Origin: an uncultured Acidimicrobiales bacterium
GTDB lineage: Bacteria > Actinomycetota > Acidimicrobiia > Acidimicrobiales > CATQHL01
Direction of reading: 5' to 3'
NCBI GenBank assembly: GCA_958295925.1
Contig: CATQHL010000001.1
Span: forward strand, 755,931-819,930
DNA length: 64,000 bases
The notes beneath the pieces were generated by a model that was not told the DNA's origin, did not search any database, and saw nothing but the letters and a program-made list of their open reading frames with translations. Positions 43,088-52,115 of this stretch are shown here, piece by piece. Every line of letters begins with the position of its first letter. The stretch's first letter is position 1. The position numbers and the translations under genes are program-made.

Positions 43088-44271
43088 GCCCTGATCCGAA
43101 TTGTGGCTGACACGAAATTTGCGTCAATATCGAATTTCAACGGCGGGCTTCCGTTTCTTCTCAGCGCACTCTGCGCCATTTGAAGCCCTACCCCGAACCG
43201 CTCAGCAAAACCTGCGTTCTTCATTACTTCGGCAACCAAGGGATTTCTATAGGAAGTTGCCCCCGGCTTCCCAAGGTTATGCTCCGTGACTCCCCCATGC
43301 AAACCCCCAGGGCTGCTCACTTCTACACGGTCACGATACCAGTACACGCGAATAGGGGAATTTGCTTCATACGTTCGGTGCATTACTGCGTTGTACACAA
43401 CTTGCGTTAGCGCCAAAGGAGGGAAGTCGTATCTAACCTGATGCTTCGCCCCAGCTTCAATCAACATTGGAGACTCGACATTTGCCTTCAAGAGCCTCGT
43501 AATTTCTTCTAGTTGCTCAATCAGGCGTCCGGAAACTTCATATTGAGAACGAATAGGATCTGTCATTTCCTCGCCTTCAAAGCGGAGAAACTGAATATGG
43601 AAAAAGGGAAAGAAGTCCCTGGGCTCATGGGCAAGAGTCAGAAGAGCGGCGGGGTTCGGGCTGCCACTCCTGCCAAGGAACCGCAGCGCCTGAAGTTGCT
43701 CAAGAGGACTGCGGTCATTTTCCTCCAACACTTCCTGTGAGACCGCTGAAGGGAGATAGAACCTCTCAAAGTACCAAGAATCGAGGTCGGCAATCGTGCT
43801 GCCTTGCAACTCCCTTGAATCGAACGGCAGGTCAAGGCTGATCCGCTTTTCGGCAAGACGACGTTCTTCCTCACGAGTTGCCTGGGCAAGACTGGCCCCG
43901 ACTCTAACCCAGCACCTGCCGTCCACGCGATGGGGAGTGTTGATTGAAGGCTCTACCTCAATTACAGCAACATCGCATTCACCTATCTTGCGTCGTTCCA
44001 CGCTCATGATTGGAAACGGCATTATCTTCCCATCGCTGCGAAAACCCCCAAGAAGGCTGAGCAACTTATCATCGATGGTCAGATCGGCGCAAGAACAATC
44101 ATCTCGCAACCCAAGGACAATCACCCCGGGTTGACCGCTGTCGGACAAGTCATTGGCGAAAGCGCAAATTGCGCGACGGATTACTTTATTGCCCTGCGCG
44201 GACTCCTTGAACTCAACCCGTTCGGACTCTCCTCGTTTCACCAAATCGGAGAGTGCTTGAGCGCTAAGCAA
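43084..44271 (-). CDS. AlbA_2 (Schlafen-like) + HATPase_c_4-like protein, no HTH tail
   Basis: 'GESERVEFKESAQGNKVIRRAICAFANDLSDSGQPGVIVLGL', 'VYNAVMHRTYEANSPIRVYWYRDRVEVSSPGGL' and 'YRNPLVAEVMKNAGFAERFGVGLQ'. About 50% GC in a sample line. Confidence 0.8.
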   Translation of the reverse strand: MLSAQALSDLVKRGESERVEFKESAQGNKVIRRAICAFANDLSDSGQPGVIVLGLRDDCSCADLTIDDKLLSLLGGFRSDGKIMPFPIMSVERRKIGECDVAVIEVEPSINTPHRVDGRCWVRVGASLAQATREEERRLAEKRISLDLPFDSRELQGSTIADLDSWYFERFYLPSAVSQEVLEENDRSPLEQLQALRFLGRSGSPNPAALLTLAHEPRDFFPFFHIQFLRFEGEEMTDPIRSQYEVSGRLIEQLEEITRLLKANVESPMLIEAGAKHQVRYDFPPLALTQVVYNAVMHRTYEANSPIRVYWYRDRVEVSSPGGLHGGVTEHNLGKPGATSYRNPLVAEVMKNAGFAERFGVGLQMAQSALRRNGSPPLKFDIDANFVSATIRIRA

Positions 44272-44408
44272 TGTTGTTCCAGGCCATTGCTTGTTTGAAC
44301 TCTCTGTCCCGGCTAATTACAGGGTTACCCTTCATCTCCGAACCCAACCATGAAATCATGTATAAAGACTGTTCGGGCCGTAGTCGTCCACATAGATTCT
44401 TGTTGAAG

Positions 44409-45047
44409 TCAAAACGGGCAGAGACCCATACGATTGCGAATAGACACCAACTCCCCAAGGTGGTTGAAGCCGTGGCCTATCGCCGACCAGCTTAGGAACC
44501 AAGCCGCAGGCTTGCCGTCCCACATCTCGTAGAGCCAGCCGAAGCGGTCTTCGGGCACGCCTTGAGAAGCCAGGGCTGATGCCGCGTCGGGAATCGCGTC
44601 GAGGCGCGGCAGGCCTTCCTCTGCCAGCCACGAGGCGGTCGAGCTGATTACGGCCAGCGTGTACTCACCCACCTCCACTGAGTTCAACTGCTCCACCAGC
44701 TCCTGATCCTCCGACTCGGCCAGTCCGCGCCAGAGGTCGGAATCCACCCCCAGGCGTTCCTCCCAGCCTTCGACAACTTCACCTCCGCCCCTCAACACTG
44801 CGTTGACCGCAGCGTCGTGGTGACGGGCCAGGTGCCAGAGGATGTAGGTGGGGGCGATTCCCCCGCCGTCAACTCGCTCTCCGAGGCGTTCAGCAGGAAT
44901 GAGCCTCAGAACGCCCCCTGCGAGCTTTGCCCTCAATGATTGAAGGTCGGAGACTATCCAGGCTTTCAAGTCCATTCCCGTAGCGTACTTCGCCCTCCCC
45001 TGCGGTGGTTGATTGATGTCCAGGGCACCCAGCGGAGGGGTCGGCAT
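44409..45047 (-). CDS. DinB-family (four-helix bundle, His-triad) protein
   Basis: 'ILWHLARHHDAAVN' and C-terminal 'IGHGFNHLGELVSIR' fit the DinB_2-type metal-binding His pattern. Confidence 0.6.
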   Translation of the reverse strand: MPTPPLGALDINQPPQGRAKYATGMDLKAWIVSDLQSLRAKLAGGVLRLIPAERLGERVDGGGIAPTYILWHLARHHDAAVNAVLRGGGEVVEGWEERLGVDSDLWRGLAESEDQELVEQLNSVEVGEYTLAVISSTASWLAEEGLPRLDAIPDAASALASQGVPEDRFGWLYEMWDGKPAAWFLSWSAIGHGFNHLGELVSIRNRMGLCPF

Positions 45048-45154
45048 TTCTCCACTAGGAAATTCATTGCGGGCATGGTCTTAACGAAAACTTACGTCCA
45101 CGCATGATGCAACGGCTAAAGTGAAAGCAGATTCTTGACACTGGAGGGTTTGAT

Positions 45155-45718
45155 ATGCAGTTCAATTTCTTAAATGAGTTTCAGCCATTAAACAGGAAAA
45201 ACGTATTTTCCCCGGCCATCAGGACTGCAATTGTCGTGCTCTCGCTCGCTTTGCTTGCCGCTTCCTGCGCAAGCTCCACGTCTGAGCCTCGACAAACTGC
45301 GACAGAATCGCCGCCTGCGCCCACTGAAGCGCCTCCCCCTCCGGAGACGACCGAGGCGACCACACCGGAAACCGCGGCAGCACCGCCCCCGGCGGAACCC
45401 ACCGCTGCTGCGCCAGACACTGGCGCAGCAGTAGCCCGCTGTCTTGAAGAGTTTGCCGAGGTAGCCGGTGAGGTTCCGGAAGAGGCCAAGGAGGAGGCCG
45501 CCCTGGCCTGGGAGCAATCGTGCAACGAATTCATAAACGCCTTCCTTGACGTTGCGCAGTCGGCCAGGCAAATGGGTGGAGATTCCGCCTGCGTGGAACG
45601 CGTCCTGGGCGAAGTCTTGGCAGCGCCGTTTGCCGCCTTCAACTCTTACGCTGAATCCGCTGACAACACCCCGCAAGACGCGCCTGCGTGGGGGCAGTTC
45701 GAGGAGTGCATGTCCTAG
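45155..45718 (+). CDS. hypothetical secreted lipoprotein, Pro/Ala/Thr-rich linker
   Basis: Signal 'AIVVLSLALLAASCASS' (lipobox LAASC), then 'PPAPTEAPPPPETTEATTPETAAAPPPAEP'. No catalytic motif. Confidence 0.6.
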   Translation: MQFNFLNEFQPLNRKNVFSPAIRTAIVVLSLALLAASCASSTSEPRQTATESPPAPTEAPPPPETTEATTPETAAAPPPAEPTAAAPDTGAAVARCLEEFAEVAGEVPEEAKEEAALAWEQSCNEFINAFLDVAQSARQMGGDSACVERVLGEVLAAPFAAFNSYAESADNTPQDAPAWGQFEECMS

Positions 45719-45732
45719 CCGCCAGCGGCTAG
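45715..45732. terminator. GC-rich palindrome between convergent genes (CTAGCCGC-CA-GCGGCTAG)
   Basis: Perfect 8-bp inverted repeat spanning the plus-gene stop codon, 4 nt from the minus-gene stop. There is no U-tract, so it is only a candidate. Confidence 0.3.
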
Positions 45733-45735
45733 ACC

Positions 45736-46668
45736 TCAAGCGGACAATGCTGCCCGCAGATCGTTGGCAGCCTCCACTTGGGCTGTGGCAGCGAGGGCGA
45801 TGCGATCGGTGAAGGTCATGAAACCGTGAAAGAGGCCGTCATAGCGTGAGAGCCTCAAGTTCACCCCCGATCCTTGAAGCTTGGCGGCGTACGCCTCTCC
45901 TTCGTCCCGCAGGGGGTCGAACTCTGCGGTAATCAACAAACCAGGCGGGAGGCGGGAGTGGTCTGTCGCTCGGATTGGGGCCAGGTAAGCGTTAGTAAGG
46001 TCACACCCGCCTGCGTAGTGGGCTACGAACCACCCCATTAGATCTCTGGTGAGAATAGGGCCATTGGCGTTCTCCTCCATCGACGGCCAGGGCGAAGCGT
46101 CGCTGTCGCAGCAGGGATAGACAAGCAGTTGATAGGAGATTGAGGGGCCGTCCCTGTCACGCGCCATCAAAGCGGCCGCTGCTGCCAGGTTTCCCCCGGC
46201 GCTGTCGCCTGCGACCGCCAGGCGGGAAGCGTCTACCCCAAGCGAGGCCGCATTCTCCGAAACCCATCTCAAGGCGGCGTAGCAGTCTTCCGCGGCCGCC
46301 GGAAAGGGATGTTCCGGCGCCAGCCTGTAGTCGACCGACACGAAGGTAAATCCGGTCAGACGCGCCATCTTTCGTACCTGAATGTCGTGGGTGTCGATGC
46401 TGCAGATCACCCATCCTCCACCGTGAAAATAGACCACCACGGCCCCCTCGGGGCTCGGCGTCGGCTGATAGACGCGCACCGTCATGTCCTGGCCGTCGCC
46501 TCCAGGAATCGTGAGATCCTCCACGTGATGAACCTCCGGCGGCGGGGCTGTCTGTTGCGACTGGATGGAAGAGCCTCGCATCTCCTCCGGAGTCATTGAG
46601 GGGTTGGGCCTGAACCCTTGCTCCTCAAGCTCCTGCAGCAATTCGATGGCCTGGGGATCCAACGGCAT
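45736..46668 (-). CDS. alpha/beta-hydrolase fold-3 carboxylesterase/lipase (HSL family)
   Basis: 'VVYFHGGGWVICS' (HGGG oxyanion motif), 'GDSAGGNLA' (GDSAG nucleophile) and C-terminal 'DPLRDEG..LFHGF'. Confidence 0.88.
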   Translation of the reverse strand: MPLDPQAIELLQELEEQGFRPNPSMTPEEMRGSSIQSQQTAPPPEVHHVEDLTIPGGDGQDMTVRVYQPTPSPEGAVVVYFHGGGWVICSIDTHDIQVRKMARLTGFTFVSVDYRLAPEHPFPAAAEDCYAALRWVSENAASLGVDASRLAVAGDSAGGNLAAAAALMARDRDGPSISYQLLVYPCCDSDASPWPSMEENANGPILTRDLMGWFVAHYAGGCDLTNAYLAPIRATDHSRLPPGLLITAEFDPLRDEGEAYAAKLQGSGVNLRLSRYDGLFHGFMTFTDRIALAATAQVEAANDLRAALSA

Positions 46669-46903
46669 GTGTTTCTCCTTTTGCTGGTGGCATTACACTA
46701 ACTCAAGCGTCCTGGGGCGAGTTTGTCGCAGGTCCAGTCACAGCGCACTCCCCGCCCGATCGCCCCCCGCCCGATCTGCCTTGCGCTCAAGTCGGCCAAG
46801 CCTCCTCCCCCTCGGCTTCCCCCGCTGCGCCAACAGCATCCCCCAGCTTCCCCTTGCAAGTACATCCTGCCCCGCTTGTCGGGGACTGCGAAAGGAGAAG
46901 CCA

Positions 46904-47542
46904 ATGCGTGATGGAGTCATTAAAGAACCAGCCATTGACGGGGAGGTCGCACCAGACGGCCTGGATGATCCGATGGGTTTTCTTAGTCGGGTGCTTGACC
47001 GCCTGCTGGCAGCAGTTTCAGAACAACAAGGGCTGGCCCCTTTGCTGGCGGGCCTGGTGCCGCCCGAAGACAGCACCGACGCGTACGAACTGCATATAGC
47101 CCCTCTCGGCCCTGATGGGGTGGTCGCAGAGTTGCTGAAGTTCACTGCCCCCCGCCACTGGAAGGCAATGGCAATCGCGGCAGAGGGCGTTGAGATCACC
47201 TCCGGAAAGCCTGTGCACGTGGCGCTCGCCGCAGACCGCTGCGGGAGGCGAGAGGCCGTGGTGTCAATCGACGGCCAGCCGCCCGAAGCGCAGGAGGCGG
47301 ATGGCATCGGCGGCAGGATCGTCGACTGCATGCTGCGCGCCCTGGGGCTTTCAACGCCCCCGCCCACCGAGCCGGTGAGCCTTGTGACCCGCCGCGTCAG
47401 TTCATGGGAGGAACTGCGGCAGCTCACCGCCAACGGGGAGTTCTTCGTAAGAAACGTGCCGCCGGCGCTGGCAGAGTGGATGGACGCCGGAATCTTCTCC
47501 CGCTGGTGCCTCGATGAGCCTGGAGCGGTCACGAGCCCCTGA
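46904..47542 (+). CDS. hypothetical protein
   Basis: ATG 46904 is preceded by AAAGGAG. The upstream 113 codons of ORF 46565..47542 overlap the esterase gene and intergenic DNA. No recognisable motif. Confidence 0.5.
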   Translation: MRDGVIKEPAIDGEVAPDGLDDPMGFLSRVLDRLLAAVSEQQGLAPLLAGLVPPEDSTDAYELHIAPLGPDGVVAELLKFTAPRHWKAMAIAAEGVEITSGKPVHVALAADRCGRREAVVSIDGQPPEAQEADGIGGRIVDCMLRALGLSTPPPTEPVSLVTRRVSSWEELRQLTANGEFFVRNVPPALAEWMDAGIFSRWCLDEPGAVTSP

Positions 47543-47650
47543 AGCGGCCTGGCGCCCACGCTGCGAAAACCGAAGGAAATCACCCAACTCAGCATGCCCA
47601 GGGGTTGCCTCTCTGGGCGGGGATGCCGTTGCCCACGGCTCAAGCTCGGT

Positions 47651-48679
47651 CTACCAGCCCTCCCCGAAGGTGATCACCGAGCGCAGCACCCTGCCCGCCC
47701 TCAGGTCGTCGAGTGCGTCGTTGGCCTCGGAAAGTGGACGGCGATGTCTCACCAGGTGCCCGGTCTCCACCTTTCCTGATCGCCGCAAATCCAGAACCTC
47801 GCTGATGTCCCCGGGGGTGTAGCCCCGCGAGCCGAATACACCCGCCTCCTTCCAGACCAGGGTGCTCGCACGCAGGCTGAACGACTCCATGCAAGTGCCG
47901 ATGAGCACAACCCTGGCGCCGATGCCTGCGGCTTCGATCGCCTGGCTGTCAACCACGGCGGAACCCACCGTCTGCACCACGACCTCCGGCCCTCCCCGCC
48001 GGCAAACGGCCTTCACCCGCTCAGGGGCACCCTCGCCGCCCCGCACCACGACATCGGCGCCCAACTCTTCGGCGAGAGCCAGCTTGGCGTCGGAGCGGCT
48101 CACTGCCACCACGTGACAGCCCAGGAGCTTCGCCAGCTGAACAGCATTCGAGCCGATGCCCCCCACCCCGAAGACCACCACGGTCTCGCCAGGCTGAACC
48201 TTGGCGATGCGAACCAGTCCGTGGTAGGGCGTGGCCACTGCATCGGTCAGCACGGCAACCTCTGCCGGGTCGTCGCTGGCCAGAACCGGTATGACGTTTT
48301 TCTCCGGCACTACCACTTCGGTTGCGAAAGCCCCGTTGAACTCCACGCCCATGCGCCGCACCCCGAAACACATGTTCACACGCCCTGCTTCGCACATTCG
48401 ACAGGCACCGCAGTGGTCTATGTAGTAGAGCGCAACGGGCTGACCCGTCGCAAGAGGCTGAGTCAAGTCTTCGCCGAGAGCCTCGATCACCCCCGCCGCC
48501 TCGTGCCCGGGCACTATGGGCAAGGTTGAGTTGAACCCCCCGTTTTGCAGGAACACGTCGCTGCCACAAACACCGCAGGCTCGAACACCCACCTTCACCT
48601 CCCCGGGGCCGGGGGAGAGATCAGCCCGCTCAATCAGCTCCAGCGGCGCCTCGTAGCGGGTAAGAACAGCCGCCTTCAT
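47651..48679 (-). CDS. zinc-dependent medium-chain alcohol dehydrogenase
   Basis: 'GVCGSDVFLQ', 'PGHEAAGVIEALG', structural Zn 'CGACRMCEAGRVNMC' and 'VVFGVGGIGSNAV'. Confidence 0.88.
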   Translation of the reverse strand: MKAAVLTRYEAPLELIERADLSPGPGEVKVGVRACGVCGSDVFLQNGGFNSTLPIVPGHEAAGVIEALGEDLTQPLATGQPVALYYIDHCGACRMCEAGRVNMCFGVRRMGVEFNGAFATEVVVPEKNVIPVLASDDPAEVAVLTDAVATPYHGLVRIAKVQPGETVVVFGVGGIGSNAVQLAKLLGCHVVAVSRSDAKLALAEELGADVVVRGGEGAPERVKAVCRRGGPEVVVQTVGSAVVDSQAIEAAGIGARVVLIGTCMESFSLRASTLVWKEAGVFGSRGYTPGDISEVLDLRRSGKVETGHLVRHRRPLSEANDALDDLRAGRVLRSVITFGEGW

Positions 48680-48691
48680 TGTGTTTGACCC

Positions 48692-49822
48692 TCAGCCTGT
48701 GCCAGGCATTCCCAAGGAACCTGAATCGGGAAGATCCGGGGCGTCGAAGTGCGTAGAGCCGAAGACGTCGGGCTTGGTTCGTCCCACTCGCTCGTAAAAC
48801 TCCACCGGAACCTTGGTCGGGTCTTTGTACATCGTCCAGCTGCATTTCTGCCGAACGTTCGGGTCACGATTCGTGTCGGGATAGACGGGGGGGTCGATGA
48901 CCCTCACCGGGTAGCCGAACCGGTCAATGGCGAACTCCTCGTTAAGCACGATGCAGTGGGCGCAGTAAAGGCAGACGCCCTTCGTGTAGTGGTTCCACGA
49001 AGCCTCTTCGTTGGAAACCCCCCAGTTGTAGGGCTCCTCCATGCGAGCGGGGGTCTCCTCTATCCAGTCTCCACGAATTATGCGCTGGCCCGACCCGCAG
49101 GGATCGAAGCTCAGTATGTAGCTTTCGTCGGTTTCGACGAGTTCCATGTCGCCGGTGCGCTCAGGTCCTACGAGATGGCCGCGCATGGCCTCGCACGACA
49201 CCGTCAGCATCGTCTCGAGGGCTTCGTCCCAAGGGTGGGAGTCGATGTCGAACTTGTTGTATCGCCAGGCAAATAGCGGCAACAGGACTCGATTGAACAT
49301 GTCGGCGATCCCCTCGCTGCCGTGTTTCTCCTGAATCACAGACATGAGCCCGTAGGTGTGGTCGACATCCCGATCGTGTGTCTGACGCCAAGTCTCCTTC
49401 ATCTTTGCGAGGGACTCCAGCGCCTCGTCGGCCTCTTCGCGGTGGATACGGCGGATCAGCGCCCGCTGCTCGTTGCGGAAGTCGTCCCAGCGCCTGTGGG
49501 CAATGAAAGGGCTGCCGTCGGGCAGGGCGAGTTTGGCGAGAATCCCGGCGTCGACTTCCTCTAGTTCCTCGTCCGACATTCCCTTGTCGCGCAGGAAGCC
49601 GCGCAAGTCAAACAGCCACTGCCGGTAAATGCTGAAGCACACCTGCGCCTCGTCGACGAAGAAGTCCGCCAAGTCTGCGGCGTGATCCCACCACCCCTCA
49701 CTAATGGCCTCGGCAATCTTCCCATAAGTCGAAACTGTCTGGTCTTCCCAGGAGCCCATCCGTGTGCGACGCCCCAGGGCGTCGGCGAATTCAATCGTGG
49801 TCTCGGTTCCGTGTGTGGTCAT
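48692..49822 (-). CDS. conserved-looking protein of unknown function with a Cys cluster
   Basis: 376 aa, compositionally normal, 13 nt upstream of the ADH gene. 'FDPCGSGQR' and 'GVCLYCAHCIV' suggest a metal or Fe-S site. I do not recognise the family. Confidence 0.6.
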   Translation of the reverse strand: MTTHGTETTIEFADALGRRTRMGSWEDQTVSTYGKIAEAISEGWWDHAADLADFFVDEAQVCFSIYRQWLFDLRGFLRDKGMSDEELEEVDAGILAKLALPDGSPFIAHRRWDDFRNEQRALIRRIHREEADEALESLAKMKETWRQTHDRDVDHTYGLMSVIQEKHGSEGIADMFNRVLLPLFAWRYNKFDIDSHPWDEALETMLTVSCEAMRGHLVGPERTGDMELVETDESYILSFDPCGSGQRIIRGDWIEETPARMEEPYNWGVSNEEASWNHYTKGVCLYCAHCIVLNEEFAIDRFGYPVRVIDPPVYPDTNRDPNVRQKCSWTMYKDPTKVPVEFYERVGRTKPDVFGSTHFDAPDLPDSGSLGMPGTG

Positions 49823-49897
49823 GTTGATTCTCCCTTGATGATCACCATGTCGAGCCTTCCCGGCTCTCCGCTGGAACTATAGCTAACCTCAACTTCG

Positions 49898-51370
49898 ATG
49901 TTTTCCGCAGACGAAAACGGGGCGACGCCAAGCCCAACCGAGGCCGCAGACAGGCCGCGAGTCGCCGTGATCTCCCCCTACTGGACGTTCTGGGAGGCCA
50001 GTGCTGGAGGATCCACCCTGCGGGCCGACCGCACGCACCTGCTGGCGGAGGCAACTGAAGCAGTGTCCGTCGCAGCCGGCGGCTCCCTGAGCCTCGATGG
50101 CCCAGTCCTTCTGGACGGCCCCGAAAGCGCCTCTGTCGAGGCGGGTCGCTTCGGCCAGGACATCGGTGCCATACTCCTGCTGGTCACGATGGCGGCGCCG
50201 CCCACCCACTCCCTGGCGTTCCTGAACCTCTTCGGGAAAACCCCGCTGGTCATCTGGGCGGTGCAGCGGAGCTCGGTGATCAGGAACGGCTTCGACGCCT
50301 CCGACATCACTTCAGGCGGAACTGCCGTCGGCACCCCTCAAATAACCAACATGCTTTCCAGGTCTGGCAGACCCTTCGAGTTGGTGGTCGGCCCGCTGGA
50401 GCAGGAAACCACCCATCGGAGCCTGGCCCGTTTGCTGAGACTGGGGGCGGTGGCAGGCGAAATTCGGCGGGCACGCGTGATCCGCCTGGGCCGCCCGCCC
50501 GAAGGCTACGACTGCGTGGACGTTGATAACGAAGCCCTTGCCGAAGCCACCGGGACTCAGATCGTCAACGTGCCCACTTCCGAATTACGCCGCCGCTGGC
50601 TGGAGGTGCGCCCCGAGGAGGTGGAGCGTCTGCGAGCCGCGGCATCTGAGGATGCAGAGGAAGGGATCGACTGGGACGAGGGTGCCTTGAGGTCGCTGGC
50701 CGGTGCTGCGGCGCTGGAGGGGCTGGATCGTCAAATGGGGGCCGCGGCGGGCGCTGTCAACTGTCACACCTCCGATCTGCGCTTCTCCGACTACCCGGCG
50801 CTCACCCCGTGCTACGGGCTGGGCCGTGAGACCTCGCGGGGCATCCCCTGGACCTGCGCTGGCGACGTGCTGACCGCCGTTGCGATGCTGGCTGCCAAGC
50901 GGCTGGGCGGCGCAGCCCTCTACCACGAGGTGGAGGCCATCGACTTCGCCACAGGGGAGGTCGCCCTTGCCAATTCCGGCGAGCACGACATGGACTGGTG
51001 CCCGCGGTCGACACGCCCTCGTCTGCAGCCCAACCCCTGGTATGAAGGCGATCCGCTAACAGGCATCTGCCTTTGGTTTGAACTGCCCCCAGGCCCTGCC
51101 TCCCTCATCGGATTCACGCCGCACGCTTCCGAGCGCAGCGGCTTCCGTTTCGTAATAGCCGAGGGCCGAATCACTGAGCGGTCGCTGCCGGCAAGCCCCA
51201 CAGTGGGGGGCGTGTTCCGGTTCTCAGGGGACACCAACGTGGCCGAGTCCTGGGGCCGATGGGCTCGCTCAGGCGTAAACCACCACAGCGCCGCTTCGCC
51301 AGGGCACCTTGCCGACGACCTGGCCGTGGTGGCGAGCTTTTTGGGGGTCGGCTGCGTCAGGGTCTCCTGA
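49898..51370 (+). CDS. L-arabinose/L-fucose isomerase superfamily protein
   Basis: The C-terminal half parallels E. coli AraA as I recall it: 'TCAGDVLTAVAML' (cf. GEGDWKTAALL), 'NSGEHDMDW' (cf. GSHMLEV) and 'WGRWARSGVNHHSAASPGHLADDLAVVASFLGV' (cf. AWILAGGAHHTVFSHAL..). Confidence 0.55.
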   Translation: MFSADENGATPSPTEAADRPRVAVISPYWTFWEASAGGSTLRADRTHLLAEATEAVSVAAGGSLSLDGPVLLDGPESASVEAGRFGQDIGAILLLVTMAAPPTHSLAFLNLFGKTPLVIWAVQRSSVIRNGFDASDITSGGTAVGTPQITNMLSRSGRPFELVVGPLEQETTHRSLARLLRLGAVAGEIRRARVIRLGRPPEGYDCVDVDNEALAEATGTQIVNVPTSELRRRWLEVRPEEVERLRAAASEDAEEGIDWDEGALRSLAGAAALEGLDRQMGAAAGAVNCHTSDLRFSDYPALTPCYGLGRETSRGIPWTCAGDVLTAVAMLAAKRLGGAALYHEVEAIDFATGEVALANSGEHDMDWCPRSTRPRLQPNPWYEGDPLTGICLWFELPPGPASLIGFTPHASERSGFRFVIAEGRITERSLPASPTVGGVFRFSGDTNVAESWGRWARSGVNHHSAASPGHLADDLAVVASFLGVGCVRVS

Positions 51371-51445
51371 GACTCGCCTGCCCTTCGCTACGGGGGCTGC
51401 AGACAACTTGGGCTCCTGCCGCGTTACGGGCCTGGCTTGAAGCAA

Positions 51446-51484
51446 GCCCCCATCAACTTGAGGCAGGCCCCATCAACACGAGGG
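51446..51484. repeat. short tandem duplication G[CG]CCCCATCAAC..GAGG x2, followed by GCCCCTCAGT x2 (51492, 51520)
   Basis: Read directly in the intergenic DNA between convergent genes. Confidence 0.8.
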
Positions 51485-51524
51485 CCGCTGAGCCCCTCAG
51501 TGTCAACCCGAGAGGTCTGGCCCC

Positions 51525-51839
51525 TCAGTCCAGGTGCCAGACCTCCTCGGCCCAGAAGAGGTTGCCGTCCTCATCGGTGAGCTGCTCAATGATTTCCTCG
51601 AACCACTCCGACCAGCGGGCGTTTACCTCCGCTCCCGCAATATTGCTGAATGCTGTCTCAACGTCGGGATGGCACTCGCAGTAGGCCATGATCTGCAGAC
51701 CACGACGAAACAGCGAGTAGTTCTTCACTCCTGCCTCTTGAATCAACTCCACTAGCTCCGGCCAAATCTCATCGTGGCGCTTCTTGTATTCGGCTTCAGC
51801 GCCTTCCTTGATGCGAAATGTGAAACATGCCCGTTCCAT
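51525..51839 (-). CDS. rhaM: L-rhamnose mutarotase
   Basis: 'MERACFTFRIKEGAEAEYKKRHDEIWPELVELIQEAGVKNYSLFRRG..' is the typical RhaM/YiiL sequence. AGGAGG lies 6 nt before ATG 51839. Confidence 0.85.
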   Translation of the reverse strand: MERACFTFRIKEGAEAEYKKRHDEIWPELVELIQEAGVKNYSLFRRGLQIMAYCECHPDVETAFSNIAGAEVNARWSEWFEEIIEQLTDEDGNLFWAEEVWHLD

Positions 51840-52115
51840 TAGTTCCTCCTGTTGCCGACTTTGCAACAAGACAAACTAGCAGCGGCCCTCCGCCTTGTTC
51901 CTCACATGCCGACCCGACCGCAGCCCCTCAAGAAACAATTCGCAGCAATCAACTCGTCTGCCGAAACGCTCCTCAGAGCTAAATTCCTTTAGTTAGCATT
52001 AGCCTCAGTGTCCAAAGTAGACTGGTGCCTTTGGGCAGTGCAAACAAGTCTTTGCCTAGCATCATCATTGCACCGGCAGTCAAGTTAACGGAATGACAAC
52101 AGTGGAGGATCTGTA

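Noticed and set aside
46565-46903. An upstream extension of ORF 46565..47542
   Set aside because: It overlaps the esterase gene start and the intergenic DNA. ATG 46904 has a good AAAGGAG ribosome-binding site.
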